Origin: Lingula anatina
Taxonomy: Eukaryota; Animalia; Brachiopoda
Direction: 5' to 3'
DNA length: 64,000 bases
Assembly (NCBI GenBank): GCA_051362555.1
Contig: CM120641.1
Span: 24,558,401-24,622,400 of the forward strand
The translations under genes were made by a program, and so were the position numbers. Below, one piece after another: positions 12,729 to 25,637 of this stretch. Positions within the stretch are counted from its first letter, which is position 1, and every line of letters begins with the position of its first letter. Under the pieces are notes generated by a model, which did not search any database, was not told where the DNA came from, and saw nothing but the letters and a program-made list of their open reading frames with translations.

Positions 12729-15338
12729 GAACTGCCTCAATAAATAGCCCATTTAACACAAGTTATGTAATGCTATAAGACAGTCAGATATGATTTGTTG
12801 ATAGTTAATGCACTTACATGAGTTTTTTCAGTTTTTTTAAGCACGTGCTATATTTGAATAGCTTACTATACAAAAACTGGCAAAAAGTCTGGGCATGAGT
12901 ATTCTACAAAGAATTGGCACTGAATGAACATAGCTGACATATCAGAAATGGGCCACTGCCACCACCGGGAGTAAAAATCACTATCAAGAAAGTCATAAAT
13001 TTGTAGCAGTCTTTGGTAAGACCAATTTTATCCCCAAGTTGTTTTGTGAAACAGCTGCCTGTGGGTGGCAGTGTTAACAGGGGTATCTTAATTATCATTT
13101 CTTTACCTGTCAACTGAAAACTAGGACACAATTTACACTACGATGAATCCAAGAAAGAAAATCTATCAATTATTAGTGTTTCCCGGAATTAGCAATCAAA
13201 TATATATACATGTTATTTACAACTGCAGAAAACTTTTGACCTTCATTTCACCCTTTGAAAATAACATCAGCAGTACAGATCAGTACATGTACCTGTCAGA
13301 TTCGATATTTTGTATTCTTTTGCTGGATGGGGGTGCCATGATAGATGCTCCAGTCCTCAAGGGATAAAGTCTTAAAAGAAAAATGGCATTTACCAAGTAA
13401 TAATGCTGTTTCAGAAGGAGACCACTTATTAAATTTGACCTCTTAAGACTGAAAATGTAGATGAAATGGTGGAGTATCGCCTAAACTAGGTGAAAATAAA
13501 ATGAAAAATTATTCAGATGTCTTTCTTAGCCTGCAAATGCTGTGATTATACTCCATTTTCATTAGCAATGAATCTTTTTCTGTTGTTCCCTAAATGCGAT
13601 CAAGAGAAAAACAGAGATAAAAAACTATTGTCATTCAAGTTGATCTTCTTTTTAAGTATAGAGTTAAAAGCAACGATAATCACCTATTAACTCTGCATCC
13701 GTAAAAAGGAAATTCATCTGCTTTTGTTCAGCTAAAAAAGCAGTCAGAAAGTCTGAGAGATAGATTTGAAGTAGTGCACTGTATATTTACACTGCACTTT
13801 CTGTGGTCTGATGGCATTGCAATCGATAGACTTATTCTCTATTTCTAATTTTTTTTATCTAATGGCTTTGGATTGAGCATAGATACTTTATTTAAATAAA
13901 TAAAAAAAATACTGGCATTTTAACACTTTTCTTTACTTTAACTTTGTCATCAAAGTGGTTTCTGCAAAAGAACCAATACAAAAAGAAAAGAAGAGAAGTG
14001 TCAAAATTTCTTTAGGGATCAGAATATCTTATCAGTTAGTGATCTATGAATTTTATGTCAGTCTAAAACAGTGAATGATATTTAAAGGTAGCACATGATA
14101 ATTCTCTTTTTACAATGGCATATCTTTTAAGATCTTGGTAGTTTTTAAGATATAACCACCACATTAGAAACCAAGGCTTTGCCACAACACCTGTGAATTA
14201 TCAGTATTTGGAACTGTCAAAGCTGGACCACATACACCATGTGTATATAGAGATACAGCGATTAATATAACTTCATGTTCAACATTTTTACATGAAGTAA
14301 CATAAACAGAGAAAAAATTCAAATTGAAACATATGATTCAATAACATTGATATATAAACAATTCAAAGTGCAATTGAAATGAAAGACGATTACTTAGATG
14401 ATAAACAAAATGGCCAAGCAACAAAGTTATGCTTGTGTTGAAGTTTTCCAAAAAGGTCTCCTCATAAATTTGACCATGTAATGTACCCCCTGAACAAGTG
14501 AATCATCTTTAAAGAAATAAGTGACTATTACTGGCATAAAGTTTTCCACAAAAACAGATATTGATCTGGGTTTTAATATTTTTCCATTAATGCACTATGT
14601 CAACATCACCTTATTCATTCATTCTGATACACTTTATCATCTTGATGCATTTTTCTAGACCTCTTGTCTTGTCATGAACTTCTGTGCATTATCAGGATGA
14701 TTATTTCCTTATAACTAAGTAAGTCTAAATGTTTTAAACATACCAAATTTAAGCCACATCATTCTGATCAATCACTTTATTTTGACACATTGAAAATTTA
14801 TCCCAATGCCTTTAGATATAAAGAGAATATTTTTCTTCTTTTGAGAGAAAACTTGCTGTACATGATACAGATTACTTCATTAGAATTTCTTACAATGTAT
14901 GTCATATTTAACATTCATGAATTTACATTTTATTATATTTTATTTTTCGTTTGTTGTACCTATCACCAAGAAAGTGGGGCACTTGATTACAATTAGGTAT
15001 CCCACTTATCACTTTTCTTAAGTATTTTGATATTATTTAACCAATAGCTACTAGTAACCAAATCTATCCACTTGTCAATTATGCATTGTGTTAATTTCTT
15101 TCCTCTGAATTCTTGGGATATCCACAATGTATTTCAATTCAAAATTAACACAATTAAAAATGTTTTCTCAACTTTTATACCCAACCATGAAGAGACATAT
15201 TTGGTAGGAGCCATAGGTTTAAAATATGATGCCAGCAAAAGGCAATTATCAATAGCATTATTTTGGAAGTTGATCCAAGTTCAGTTTAGTTGAAATGTCC
15301 GTAATCATCAGAGGGGTGTATGACATGGACAGTGACAA

Positions 15339-15341
<3 letters not shown>

Positions 15342-15376
<35 letters not shown>
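15342..15376. repeat. (CT)n microsatellite
   Basis: Read directly. Confidence 0.95.
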
Positions 15377-15380
<4 letters not shown>

Positions 15381-15773
15381 GAAATTTAATGCCCAACCCT
15401 AGCATTTGTACAAGAAATTGTCTGATTTAATTCATAAGCCCAAGTGAAAATGGCAGCACTTCGTGGATGGAGACTAGGTGAATAAACATTACTTGAATGC
15501 ATTTCGAACAAAAGATCTTTATTCAAAATGGTTGTAACCAGAGAAAGGTATCAGGTGAAAGAAATCAGATAATCATTTGTAGCAACAGAAATATATACCT
15601 TCCTGCCTTAATGAAAACCTAAAGTAAGAAGGATGTTGAAATGATGTATGGCACTAAAGAGACATTATTTGATTAGTGGTTTTGCAAAAAGCACTTACAC
15701 CGACATGTAGCATTTTACAGTATATCCCCCCCCCCCCCCCCCCGCCTGCCAGCTACAGACTGACCTATACTAT

Positions 15774-15920
15774 GAAAGCATTCACAACCAGTTGATCTGT
15801 GGACTAACTAGTGCTCACTAGAAAGAAAGTGGCATAATCCTCGTATAATAATATTAGGGCAGAGCCATATTTGATCTGTGGACTAGTTAGTCCCTGGATC
15901 AACTGAGTGTGAATGCTATC
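15774..15920. mobile_element. Palindromic (hairpin) MITE-like element
   Basis: Arms AGCATTCACAACCAGTTGATCTGTGGACTAACTAGT and ACTAGTTAGTCCCTGGATCAACTGAGTGTGAATGCT. Confidence 0.7.
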
Positions 15921-15982
15921 TATATGTGGATTAGGCTTGGCCACTGGCCGTCAGGTATCTGTTTCACAAATAGACTCACCTA

Positions 15983-16232
15983 GGGTTCATTCCCAATAAA
16001 ACTTTTGGTCTACATAGATCTATCCAACTCCATGGAGATACTCCCTGAATGCATTCCATTTAATTGACACAACACCTCCTCTAGGTATTTAGTAAAGCAC
16101 GGAAAGTGGTTCTACAAGTACATTGGAAACAAGAGGAGGTGTGTTAATCTGTAAAACTGATTGCATTCAGCTAGAGTCTCTGCAGAGTTAGATTGATCTA
16201 TATAGACCCACAGTTTTACTTGGAATGAACCC
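15983..16232. mobile_element. Palindromic (hairpin) MITE-like element
   Basis: GGGTTCATTCC...GGAATGAACCC with about 100-bp imperfect arms (GGTCTACATAGATC/GATCTATATAGACC, CTGAATGCA/TGCATTCAG, ACACCTCCTCT/AGAGGAGGTGT). Confidence 0.75.
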
Positions 16233-16543
16233 AGAGTTACTACTGAACTTGAATGCTAGGAATTCATGTATTGGCAATCCTCATAAGACATCGATTTTGA
16301 CATTTGATCTACATTTCACCATGAACTGTGCATTGCCAACTGCCAACAACTTTTTCACAACTAAAACAGTTACATTCATACATTGAACTTCAATGCACTT
16401 CATCTCGCTGGTGGTACAATATCTGGTACGTGGCAATATTACTGGTCTGTTTCTATACATCGCTATAACTATAGGGTAAAATCGCTTTGATCTAAAACAC
16501 ATGCACCAGTTATTTCTTTCTTCTAATAAAAAGGTGTAAAATA

Positions 16544-16790
16544 TGGTATTAACTCAATTATTTCAATGGGAAAAAATTTGCAATTTTATAGAATCTTTAA
16601 AGTCAAATTCTCAAAATCATAACATTCCTATAATGCAATAAAATTGATAAGCAGACTACCTTTAAGTTCTATTCTATACAGTAAAAGCACCACAAATGCT
16701 ACAAAGAAATATTTCTTTAATGATTTCAAGATTATGTATCTGAGAGATTAATTAATAATTTTCCCCTTTGAGAAGATTGAGCCATTGCCA
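16544..16790 (+). mobile_element. MITE family D copy
   Basis: Collinear similarity to 53994-54235; TA flanks; degraded TIRs. Confidence 0.65.
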
Positions 16791-19659
16791 TATCATTGAA
16801 GTGGGCCACTAGTACTGCCACAAGCACAGCTTTCTTAATTATTTTGAGTCAAATTAGCAGACCAAATAAATTTAGTCTAAAAGAAGTTGTGATATTAAAG
16901 GCCAACTTTGGTCATCAATTGTTTTGTGACACCCAGTCCCATGCTACATGTAACTTACAGCTTGTCTTAATTGTTAATCAGCCCTGTATGTTACATCAGT
17001 TTAAATTGTGATCAGAGTTATTGTTCTCAAAATTTTATGGTCACCTTCATCAGGGTAGCTCCAGACAACAATAATTTGTGGAATATGTCTATCATATTTG
17101 CTGTTGATTGAAGAAACTATCTTAAGAAATGGATAAGATTTACAAAAAAATTAGGCCTGTGTGGACCCCCCTCTTTATAGGCCCTCACAAAATGTCCCCC
17201 TTACAGAGTCCATTGTCTACTTCACTCACTGATATCTTGTGTCTTTCTATATTAAGTAATAGAACATAATGCATAAATGTCATTTTTGCAGAACAACATG
17301 CAAAGAACAAAGTTCAATGTATAACAACCAGTTTCAACTGTGCCACACCTCAACTGCTACATAAAGTACATGTGCCATTTTACCTAGACTTCAGTAGCAA
17401 CACAGGGCTCTCCTAACATCTTGTATTTTTCACTTCTTTTCTTAACAGTTCAACAAAAAATGTTCAAGATAAAATAAAAATGTAATTTGGTAACAACAAA
17501 AGCAAAAAAATGCATAGGAAAGATTGTAATGAAATATGGAAGGTTATGGAAAGTTTGGTATTAGTTCTTTCTTTCAAAAAAAAAAAAAAAAAACAATTTA
17601 TGGAGCTGTTATGTCAACAAGAGCCGTGGAAGTCTTGTTATTTTTGTTGAAAGTTTCATGTGTGAACATATTTCTTTAGTGAGAAAATATAAAGATAAGA
17701 CATCAGCAGATTGTTGGTCTTCACAACCACTGACTATATATAACAAAATGTTGGTGAAAGGGTTACCAACATGTTTCTTTTATCAATGATTTTTTTGCTT
17801 CATATACTATCGTTATCACTACATCCCCCAAGTCCTACTGTAGTAAAAAAAAATGTGCATGTATTTCGCAATTTGTTCATCAACCATCAATCATAAGAGA
17901 AGGATAGTCAGAGAAATGACAACATTTTACAAAGTATGGCAAAGTATGCTAATATTCTGTTTCCTGCATTTCCCAAAGGGAGTCAAGACGGATGCCCTCG
18001 GCTAGAGCTGACTGCCACCTGAGGCAAAAAGCATTAGAAATGAAAGGAGATCGTGCCTCAGTGAGAATGCTCGGTGCCTTTTCCTAGACAGCAAGTCACT
18101 TTAGTCTATTACTCTCCATTCTCATGCCGGGTTTTGAAAGAGCTGATTTTATGCATCATAAAGCCAGCTCTTAAAATGCCATTGCTGAGATACCCGAGCC
18201 ATAGCACCTTGAAAACTAAGAAAGAGATAAAATCAGAATCACTTTGATCAATTCCCTTGTGAACTTCAAATCGTTCCATCCACCTGGTTCTGGGAGTCTT
18301 TAAATTGCAATTGGAGATTTTACTTTGCTGTCAGGTAAAAGCTTTACTCAGAGTGTGCGAGTCTACGGTTACTCTCAGAAATTATCTTACTTTTACCAGG
18401 TAGCATTATGAAATGAGTGTTGATTTGAAAAATGCAAATCTCACTTTGCTGTTTCCAACAATTCCAACACAGAAGACATGACAAAAGCAAATGGGGAGCA
18501 GTCCTTTTAGTAAGGGGAGGCTCAGTGATAATAAAAAAGTACTTTTTTTTTTAGTTTGTTAGGGAGCTAGGCTTGAATGTGCATCGTATTAACACAAAAA
18601 TAACAGGACAATAAGACACATTTTGTAATGGTACATATCAAATTTCACAAAAAAAAAAAAAAAAAAAATTAGCATTATTTGAGTATCTGGTATGACTCTT
18701 TTAGTAATGTATTGAAAAAGAGGTGAAAGGAATTTTAGGTTAGTCAGCTGGGTTAAATCAGTAATGGCACATTTCTTTTAAAAACCTCAAAATACTGAGA
18801 GACACCAAACTATTGGAATGCAAAAACAAATAGCTTTTATTTTATATAACTTTTATTTTGGTTGCTTTGAAAAAAAAATGTACTCACTAAGAATAGGTAA
18901 GAGTATAGAATTTTTGGGTGCAGAAAATTATAAAGTTTCTTACAAGCAGACTTGAGTCTAGAGACAGAGACATAAGTGCCAATATACTTTCTCCTGCTTT
19001 TTAAATCAAATATATAGCAAATATGTTGCACTAAAAATATTCATGATAGTATCACAACTCAATTTACAATTATGAACTATCGAAGTAAGAAATTTGCAAA
19101 TTTACACATGTATGTAAGTATCATTTTACCAATTACAGGTCCATGCTAAGAGCTAAGCAGTGTTTAGAAGACCTTTAACATAATTACAAGTACCTCATCA
19201 CCTGTTTATTTTTCCACTTTTTATTTCATTCATTTCAGCTATCCCAAAAACAAGGAAATTCTGAAAAGAGCTAAATTCACATTTTAGAAGCTTTTTTTTT
19301 ATGATTGTAAAACCAGAAGAATTTAATAAAAGAAAGCAGAAAGAAAAAGTGTCAACAACAGACATTTTCCATGGTTTAAGTAATTGGGACTGTCAGAAGA
19401 TAAACCATTTTTTAAACCTACCATTATACCTACATCTTACTCTGTGGATACTGTATGTGTCTTTTTATATTCTGATCACCGTATCTCTGTCTTTGTTGCC
19501 ACTATCCTAAACTTCAGTCCCTATAACTACTGCCAATCCATGTTTTCATTATTCTTTGAATTTACATTGCAGCATTGTTCCGTTAAAAAAAGGTTACTCT
19601 AAGCATGATTTTATATATAATATAATCAACTTTCCATTTGGATTTCATATGTTTTTGAG

Positions 19660-19815
19660 ACTCTCTTGCAAACTGCTGCAAAATTTAAATGTTCTTGCAA
19701 AGTTGCTGCAAATTAGCAGCAATACAATTTTTTCTTGCAAACTCCTTGCTGCAAACTCTTAGCAAGCAGCAAATTTACTGCTTATTTGCTGCTATTTTTT
19801 TTATTTTGCTAAGGG
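19660..19815. mobile_element. Family E copy; a further relic lies near 48600-48700
   Basis: Same TTGCA/GCAAA motif array, ending TTTTGCTAAGGG. Confidence 0.55.
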
Positions 19816-19897
19816 AATTACTTTATTCATCTTGATCAAAAACACCTAAAATTCACAATTCAAATCCATTTGCTGCCCTGAGATAATTTTTAAGGTA

Positions 19898-20142
19898 AAG
19901 TAGTGACTCAATCTATTCAATGGCCAAAATTATGAAACTTTCATATACATCATTTTTATAACCGAAAAATTACATTTCTGTAAAGCACTTTTGTGGTGCT
20001 TTTACTGCAAAGAAAAGAACTATAGAGTAACCTGCTATTTAATGTTGTTTCTTCTGCTCAATAGGAATGTTTCAGTACTAAGAAATTATGACATAAAAAA
20101 AATTCACAATTTTCCTCCATTGTAAGGATGGAGTAATTACTG
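19898..20142 (-). mobile_element. MITE family D copy (inverted)
   Basis: Contains TTTGTGGTGCTTTTAC and ATAGGAATGTT, reverse complements of motifs in the other copies; TA flanks. Confidence 0.65.
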
Positions 20143-20225
20143 TATTAACTACATAGGTATATGTGTAATTAGGTTTATCTATGAGCTGTGTTAAAGCAGG
20201 GCCATTTCCTACAAGGGACTAAAAA

Positions 20226-20413
20226 CAGACCCATAGCTGGAGGGGGGGAGGGGAGGGGTAGGGGCTGAAAAGAACCACCTCTTTTGCTGGGAAAAGGTCC
20301 TCTCTGGGTAAAATTAGATCTTGACACATGAAGTTTTTATATTAAAAGGCCCACTTTTTCAGAAAAAGACCCCCCCCCCCCCCCGACCTTTGGGACTGCT
20401 GGCTACGTGCCTG
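20226..20413 (+). mobile_element. MITE family B copy
   Basis: CAGACCCATAGCTGG...CTGGCTACGTGCCTG; the interior aligns by eye with 59843-60010; flanks AAAAA/GAAAA. Confidence 0.75.
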
Positions 20414-22745
20414 GAAAAGATAAGCAGAAGACTTCCTGGATAAATCAATTGCACTTCACTTGCTGACAATAACAATTAAAAACATTAACACATCAGATTT
20501 TACAGGATGTATATGAGACAAATTTTGAATAATAAATTTTATTCTAGAAGTAAAATGTCAAAGGAATTATATTAAGGCAAAAAAAAAAATGGTACATGCA
20601 ACACCCATGATGCCAATGCCCCTTAAAAACTCCATCAATCTACAACAACAAAAATTTCTTTCAAACAGTTTCTTTAAAATGAAAAGAAAAAACCCAGATC
20701 CAGTAGATAAGCAAAGAATATCACTTTTCTTTTTGGTTGAAGATGACATTAAGTGGCATATGCACAATTACTCCTCCCCTTAGGAAACATCCACTTAGCA
20801 AAAGGCAAACAACTCAGAAAGATTGTCTTTGCCTGCTGCTCTTCATTCTCTCCATTGATTAGATGGAAGTCGTTTTACACCCAGACTCTTTGTTCCTTGG
20901 AGCTGGATTTTAATTGAAGTCAGCCATTACTGCTAATGAAGTAAAAAGGTCTGTATGATTGATACACACACACTGAGGGTATTACATTAATCGTACGTTG
21001 GCGACTTCTTTCGCATCCTCCGAAGCTTCAGGTGATCCACAAAGGTGTCACAAGCATGAAAGCTTTTAGCAGTAAATTGTCAGCAATTTATCAGCATGTG
21101 CACTAAAGTGATGGAGTTTGTCTTCACTCATAGATCATGGAAAAAAATAAAACTTGACAATATTACAATTTCAAATCAGAATGTAGTGAGAAAAAGTTTT
21201 TTCCACTTGCCAACAGTGACTGTCTGCTTCAATTATACCAAAATGCAAATAACATTTCCCATTTTTTTCTTTTTAAAAAATGAAAGAAAAAAAATGTTTC
21301 CAAGATAAAACAAGTAGTTTTCCCAGGTTCATATCCTCTTTCCAATAATAAATATATATAATAAGTGATTGTGATTGTACAGCGGGATCTCTAGCAGAGA
21401 GATTGTACATGATTGTCTTGGTTATCTTAGGCATTTTCCTCTTTGAAAAGTACCGTGGATCAATGTAGCCACAAATGGGCTTGGTTCCCCTAATAACTTT
21501 AGCTCAAAACTTTGTCTAAACATTAAGACCAATTTTTAAGTGTGTGTGAAATTGACCCCAAGTCTTCTTTATGTGTTCAATTGTGCAAATAGACTTGTGA
21601 AGATTCTTTTTGTCTGTAGCTACTTATATTTGCTTTTACTTTTATGTTTGTAAAGTTTTAGCAACAAGAGGAAACAAATCAAACCATTTTTACTGCTCTT
21701 ACTGTGAGTTGGGAAAAATTAATTCTCATTTCTCAAGAAAAATCTTGTAGACTTGTTCTATGATGAACATGAAAGTTGCTATAGTAGCATCAACAGAATA
21801 AGTGTTATTATAGAAACATGTAAACACCAGAGCACAGTTTCTTCAAATGTGTTAGGAGAGACTTGTCCACAGAAAAACTACTCTCCACTGAACACAATCA
21901 TGTGCACCAGTTCACTTTAACTGAGGTCTTGATCCTTTTTGAGTGGTACATTAACTATAGTGGGATCTCCAGAAGCAAGGTCTGAATTGTGGGGTTGTGT
22001 ATAATCATACAGCTTAGCATCTGGAATTAGTCATTAATACATAACACATCATGGACAGTGCTACTTATAATCACCCTCACACAGAAATACAAATGTATTA
22101 TTTGGGGAAGAACATGTTCTGCTCGACCATCTCAAATCCCCCAGGAGTCAATGAAACAATCATGTACAAGTCTACTAACCTCTGTTGTTAGTGAATAGAT
22201 ATTTTAAGTCTACTATGAACTAGGTTAAAGGAATGCAATTTGTCCTGTTGACAAAATGTAAGAAATGACCAAAGGAAGTTTTATTATTTACAGAGAATCA
22301 TTGGCAGAGGGCTAAAAATATCATTCTGAACATCATCCTACAAATAACATATCTGCTCATCTGAAGGCTCTATAATTGCTGCTCAGTGTATATACCTCTC
22401 ACTTTTTACTGCTGCACTATTAAAAGTGGTCAATGGTAACTTTTTCCTTCTTGATGGCATTCCTTTCATATGACACTCTGCATCCAAAAGCTTTTTATCC
22501 ACTGGTCTCTCAGACTTAACAGACCTCAGAAACATTACTAGTCACATTCAAATTTAACTAGCCTGGGGATGAAATCCATAGACAATAGAAAAAATTATTG
22601 AAAGTAACCTCTGAAATTATTACTACAGTTTGACCAAACTTGTAACTTTGAAAAATGGGGCTATACGCGGAGCCGTTTGTCCTAAAGAGGGCGCTGGGGT
22701 AATAGTGGTTATTGAAGATAGCCTCGTTTTCGCGTCCGTGTAGAA

Positions 22746-22846
22746 ATGGCTTTAGAGTATGGGAAGCAAACGGTGGCGAAGTTAAAACTTCAACTAGTTG
22801 AAAGAGGAGCCCCCACTAGAGGAAAGAAACAGGATTTGGTAGAAAG
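22746..22846 (+). pseudogene. SAP-domain first exon of the ISL2EU accessory (YqaJ-exonuclease-type) gene, truncated
   Basis: MALEYGKQTVAKLKLQLVERGAPTRGKKQDLVER fits the SAP consensus (tv..Lk..L..rGl...GkK..LveRL) and is followed by the donor AG/gttagt. Confidence 0.75.
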
Positions 22847-23792
22847 GTTAGTGTGTTTACTTATGAATGTGTCAATTGTATCATTAATATTGAAGGTTTC
22901 GCGCTCGAATCTTCCCGTAAAATATGGGTTTCTGTGTGAGCTCCCTGTCAAAAGCCAGGTGTAAGCGGCGGCTAGTTCCGCACTACTAATATGCCTAATT
23001 TATTACTATATTTCAAGATAATGATATTGTCATTGCGTATTTCCATATTCCGAGAATATAATGAAGGTATTTATGTTTAAAATATGTTTATTGTAGGCAC
23101 TCCTAGTCGATAAAGGACCGTTCGTTTCGGTAATCAAATTTCGTGTACCAGGTCCGACATTTAACACATGACTTGTGTCAACACAAATTTGTAAAGGAGA
23201 AACCAGGGTTGATGCGTGTTTTATGTCAATGACAATTGACATAACTAAGTATAGATGAGGTAGACAATCAAAACAGTGTTTGCCAAGAATGTTAGCATCG
23301 TTTTGTTAGCATCATAGTTTTTTTCACTCCCTCATAATTGCATTGATGTTGGTAGGTCACAGAGAAGGAAGTGTCAGAACTTGAAAACAGAACTAGAGGC
23401 CAAAGTAAAAGTCGAGTGTGGCATGAAGAAAGATCATGGAGAATAACAGCATCGAGGTAGGTGTGCAAACGAAAATAAGTTTGCTTGTTTTTTACTTGTT
23501 CAAATGTCTTGTATCAATATCGTGTCCTAGCTTGAGCTACTATATATACCTGTAGTTGCATTATAATACAGAAATACAAGTTGTGAGATGATATATCATG
23601 GTTTGAAGGTCAACATTTAATGCTATGAATGTACAATTTCATTTTGCATTTGGAATACAAATTGAAAAGAACAGTGAAAAAAAACCTATCTCACTAATTT
23701 AATTTTATCATTTTTAGGTTTGGTGATATTTTGAACGCAACCGAAAGACAAGACAAGGACAGATTATGCCAGTTTACCCATGAAATCAATAC

Positions 23793-25098
23793 TCCATATT
23801 TCTTAAAATTTACAGACATATAGTCGTCAACAATGTCACGTTCTGGCCAAATGTTCATTTCACTGAGCTGGAAAAACAAAGTTGATCCATGTGCTTATTA
23901 TTTCTGACACCGTTGTTACCGATAGCTTGAAACGGAGAGCTAAATAATCGTCAAAGGCTTGTCTCAGTTTCATAATGATAAAAAACATTGGCCCTGGTGA
24001 CAAACATTTGAAATTCAAGTGGTGAGCTGCTGGCCAAAGGCCATTAAAAAACAACATGAATTGTTCAATATGACTATAAATCCAGTTTGATACTAGACAG
24101 CCTTTGCATTTTTCTGGTACAGCATGATGCTTTCTCTTGTGTCTGATGGTGTAGTGATATCACACTGGGAAGCTGTACTTTCTTTTTGGCTCTCACCAGC
24201 GCATTCTTCATGTTTGTCTGCCACTGCTTCATCTGCTTGAGACTCATCCTATATAGGATACAACAAAAAATAAATACATAAGTTAATAAATTACACAAAG
24301 AAAAATACTTCGTTGTTAATTAACACATAAAATCTGTGTAGATGATAGAAATGACGCAGATCTGACTGCCTCTTGTCCCCTTTAGTCCGTCTCTAGTATT
24401 TCTAGTATTAAGACAGATAATTATACAAATAATAAAAAACATTTTATTTATAAATCTGTTATTATACCATGCGTTATATTTACCTCCACTTCATCGGATC
24501 TGATACTTTGCGAATTATTAAATGGAAATATGGATGGTATCGTTCCTGGCTTCAGTCTTTTCTCTCATCTGCAAAAGGAGTGCACATAACGCTTATTAAT
24601 ACAATAAAAATCAAGTTGTCCTAATTTGAAAACGTGGCCTTTAAAAAACCTTATGTATTATCACATAAAAACGAAGAAATAATTGTAGTGGCTGGTCGGG
24701 GTTGACCCGGGCTCGGTAGCTTAGTCGGTAGAGTGTTTTCTCCCTCAAATCGCTACATATATGTTAGGTGAAGAATGTCTTAAAAATTAACATTCTAAGC
24801 ACGTTAAACGACACAATTACTTAAACATCGATAACAAAGATCTAATGAATAAGTTGACAAACTCATTATTAATACTAAAAGCGACAACAGCAAGTAAAAC
24901 TTACGTAGAAGTGTAATCTTCCTCACGAAAGTGGAGGAAACAGACTTTGTCATGTGCCTTTAGTTTCCATAGTGTTTTTGATGAAGAATCAACCCTCCTG
25001 ATGGCAACTCTCCACTGGTAACTCAGCTTTGTGTCTTTCGGAAAAGAATGACCTGCTGTTGACGATGTACATTCCGGAACACAACAGTATCCTGGCAT
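23793..25098 (-). pseudogene. THAP-domain plus HTH (HTH_Tnp_4-like) transposase remnant
   Basis: Exon 25098-24905 reads MPGYCCVPEC...FPKD...W...VCFLHFREEDY (C2CH THAP). Exon 24568-24484 reads RLKPGTIPSIF, with an in-frame TGA at its start. About 24030-23793 reads MKLRQ...LALRFKLSVTTVSEIISTWINF / IWPERDIVDDYMSVNFKKY, with a frameshift. Confidence 0.85.
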
Positions 25099-25637
25099 TA
25101 TTTAGAGCGATATTTCCAGCGTCAGATTAAAAATGAAACTGCAAACACACGAGAAAGTACGCGCATGCGCAAAAGTACCCCAACTAAAACACGCGCGCCA
25201 CCCAGTGGTGAAAAAAACTGATAGCCCCATTACATTGCCCTCTCTGAGTCATTTTCTGGTCTTTTCTGGTCTTTCATGTTTTAACAATCATGGAAAGCCA
25301 TGTAGGACTTGAACTGAAACAAATCTATAACAGAACTAACAACAGATACGCGTATCCATAATAAGGTGCCATAGCAGGATTGCAACTCTCCTTTTACTAG
25401 CATTTTTCTCATTATCTCATTTTCTCATTATCATTATGTGCTATTCTACACAAAGCAGACTTTTGTCACACCTACCCTGAGTGTCAGAGCAACGTAAAAG
25501 CTAGCTTGTTAAATATATACCTTGTGATGGAGTCGCTTTTACTAGTATTGTGACATGGGTTATATATGAAATCAAGATCGAGCTGGCAATACCGGAATCT
25601 AGAACCTAGGGTAGTCACACCTTGACAGTCCCATAAA

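Larger units (their letters stand above)
22657..25228. mobile_element. Internally deleted ISL2EU (PIF/Harbinger-related) DNA transposon
   Basis: Termini GGGGCTAT...ATAGCCCC are each flanked by AT (22655-22656, 25229-25230). A SAP-domain gene start (+) converges on a THAP/HTH transposase start (-), as in the two-gene ISL2EU layout. No DDE core is visible. Confidence 0.85.

Noticed and set aside
24689-24750. Functional tRNA gene
   Set aside because: No complete cloverleaf; the A-box and B-box-like parts are in the wrong order and orientation.
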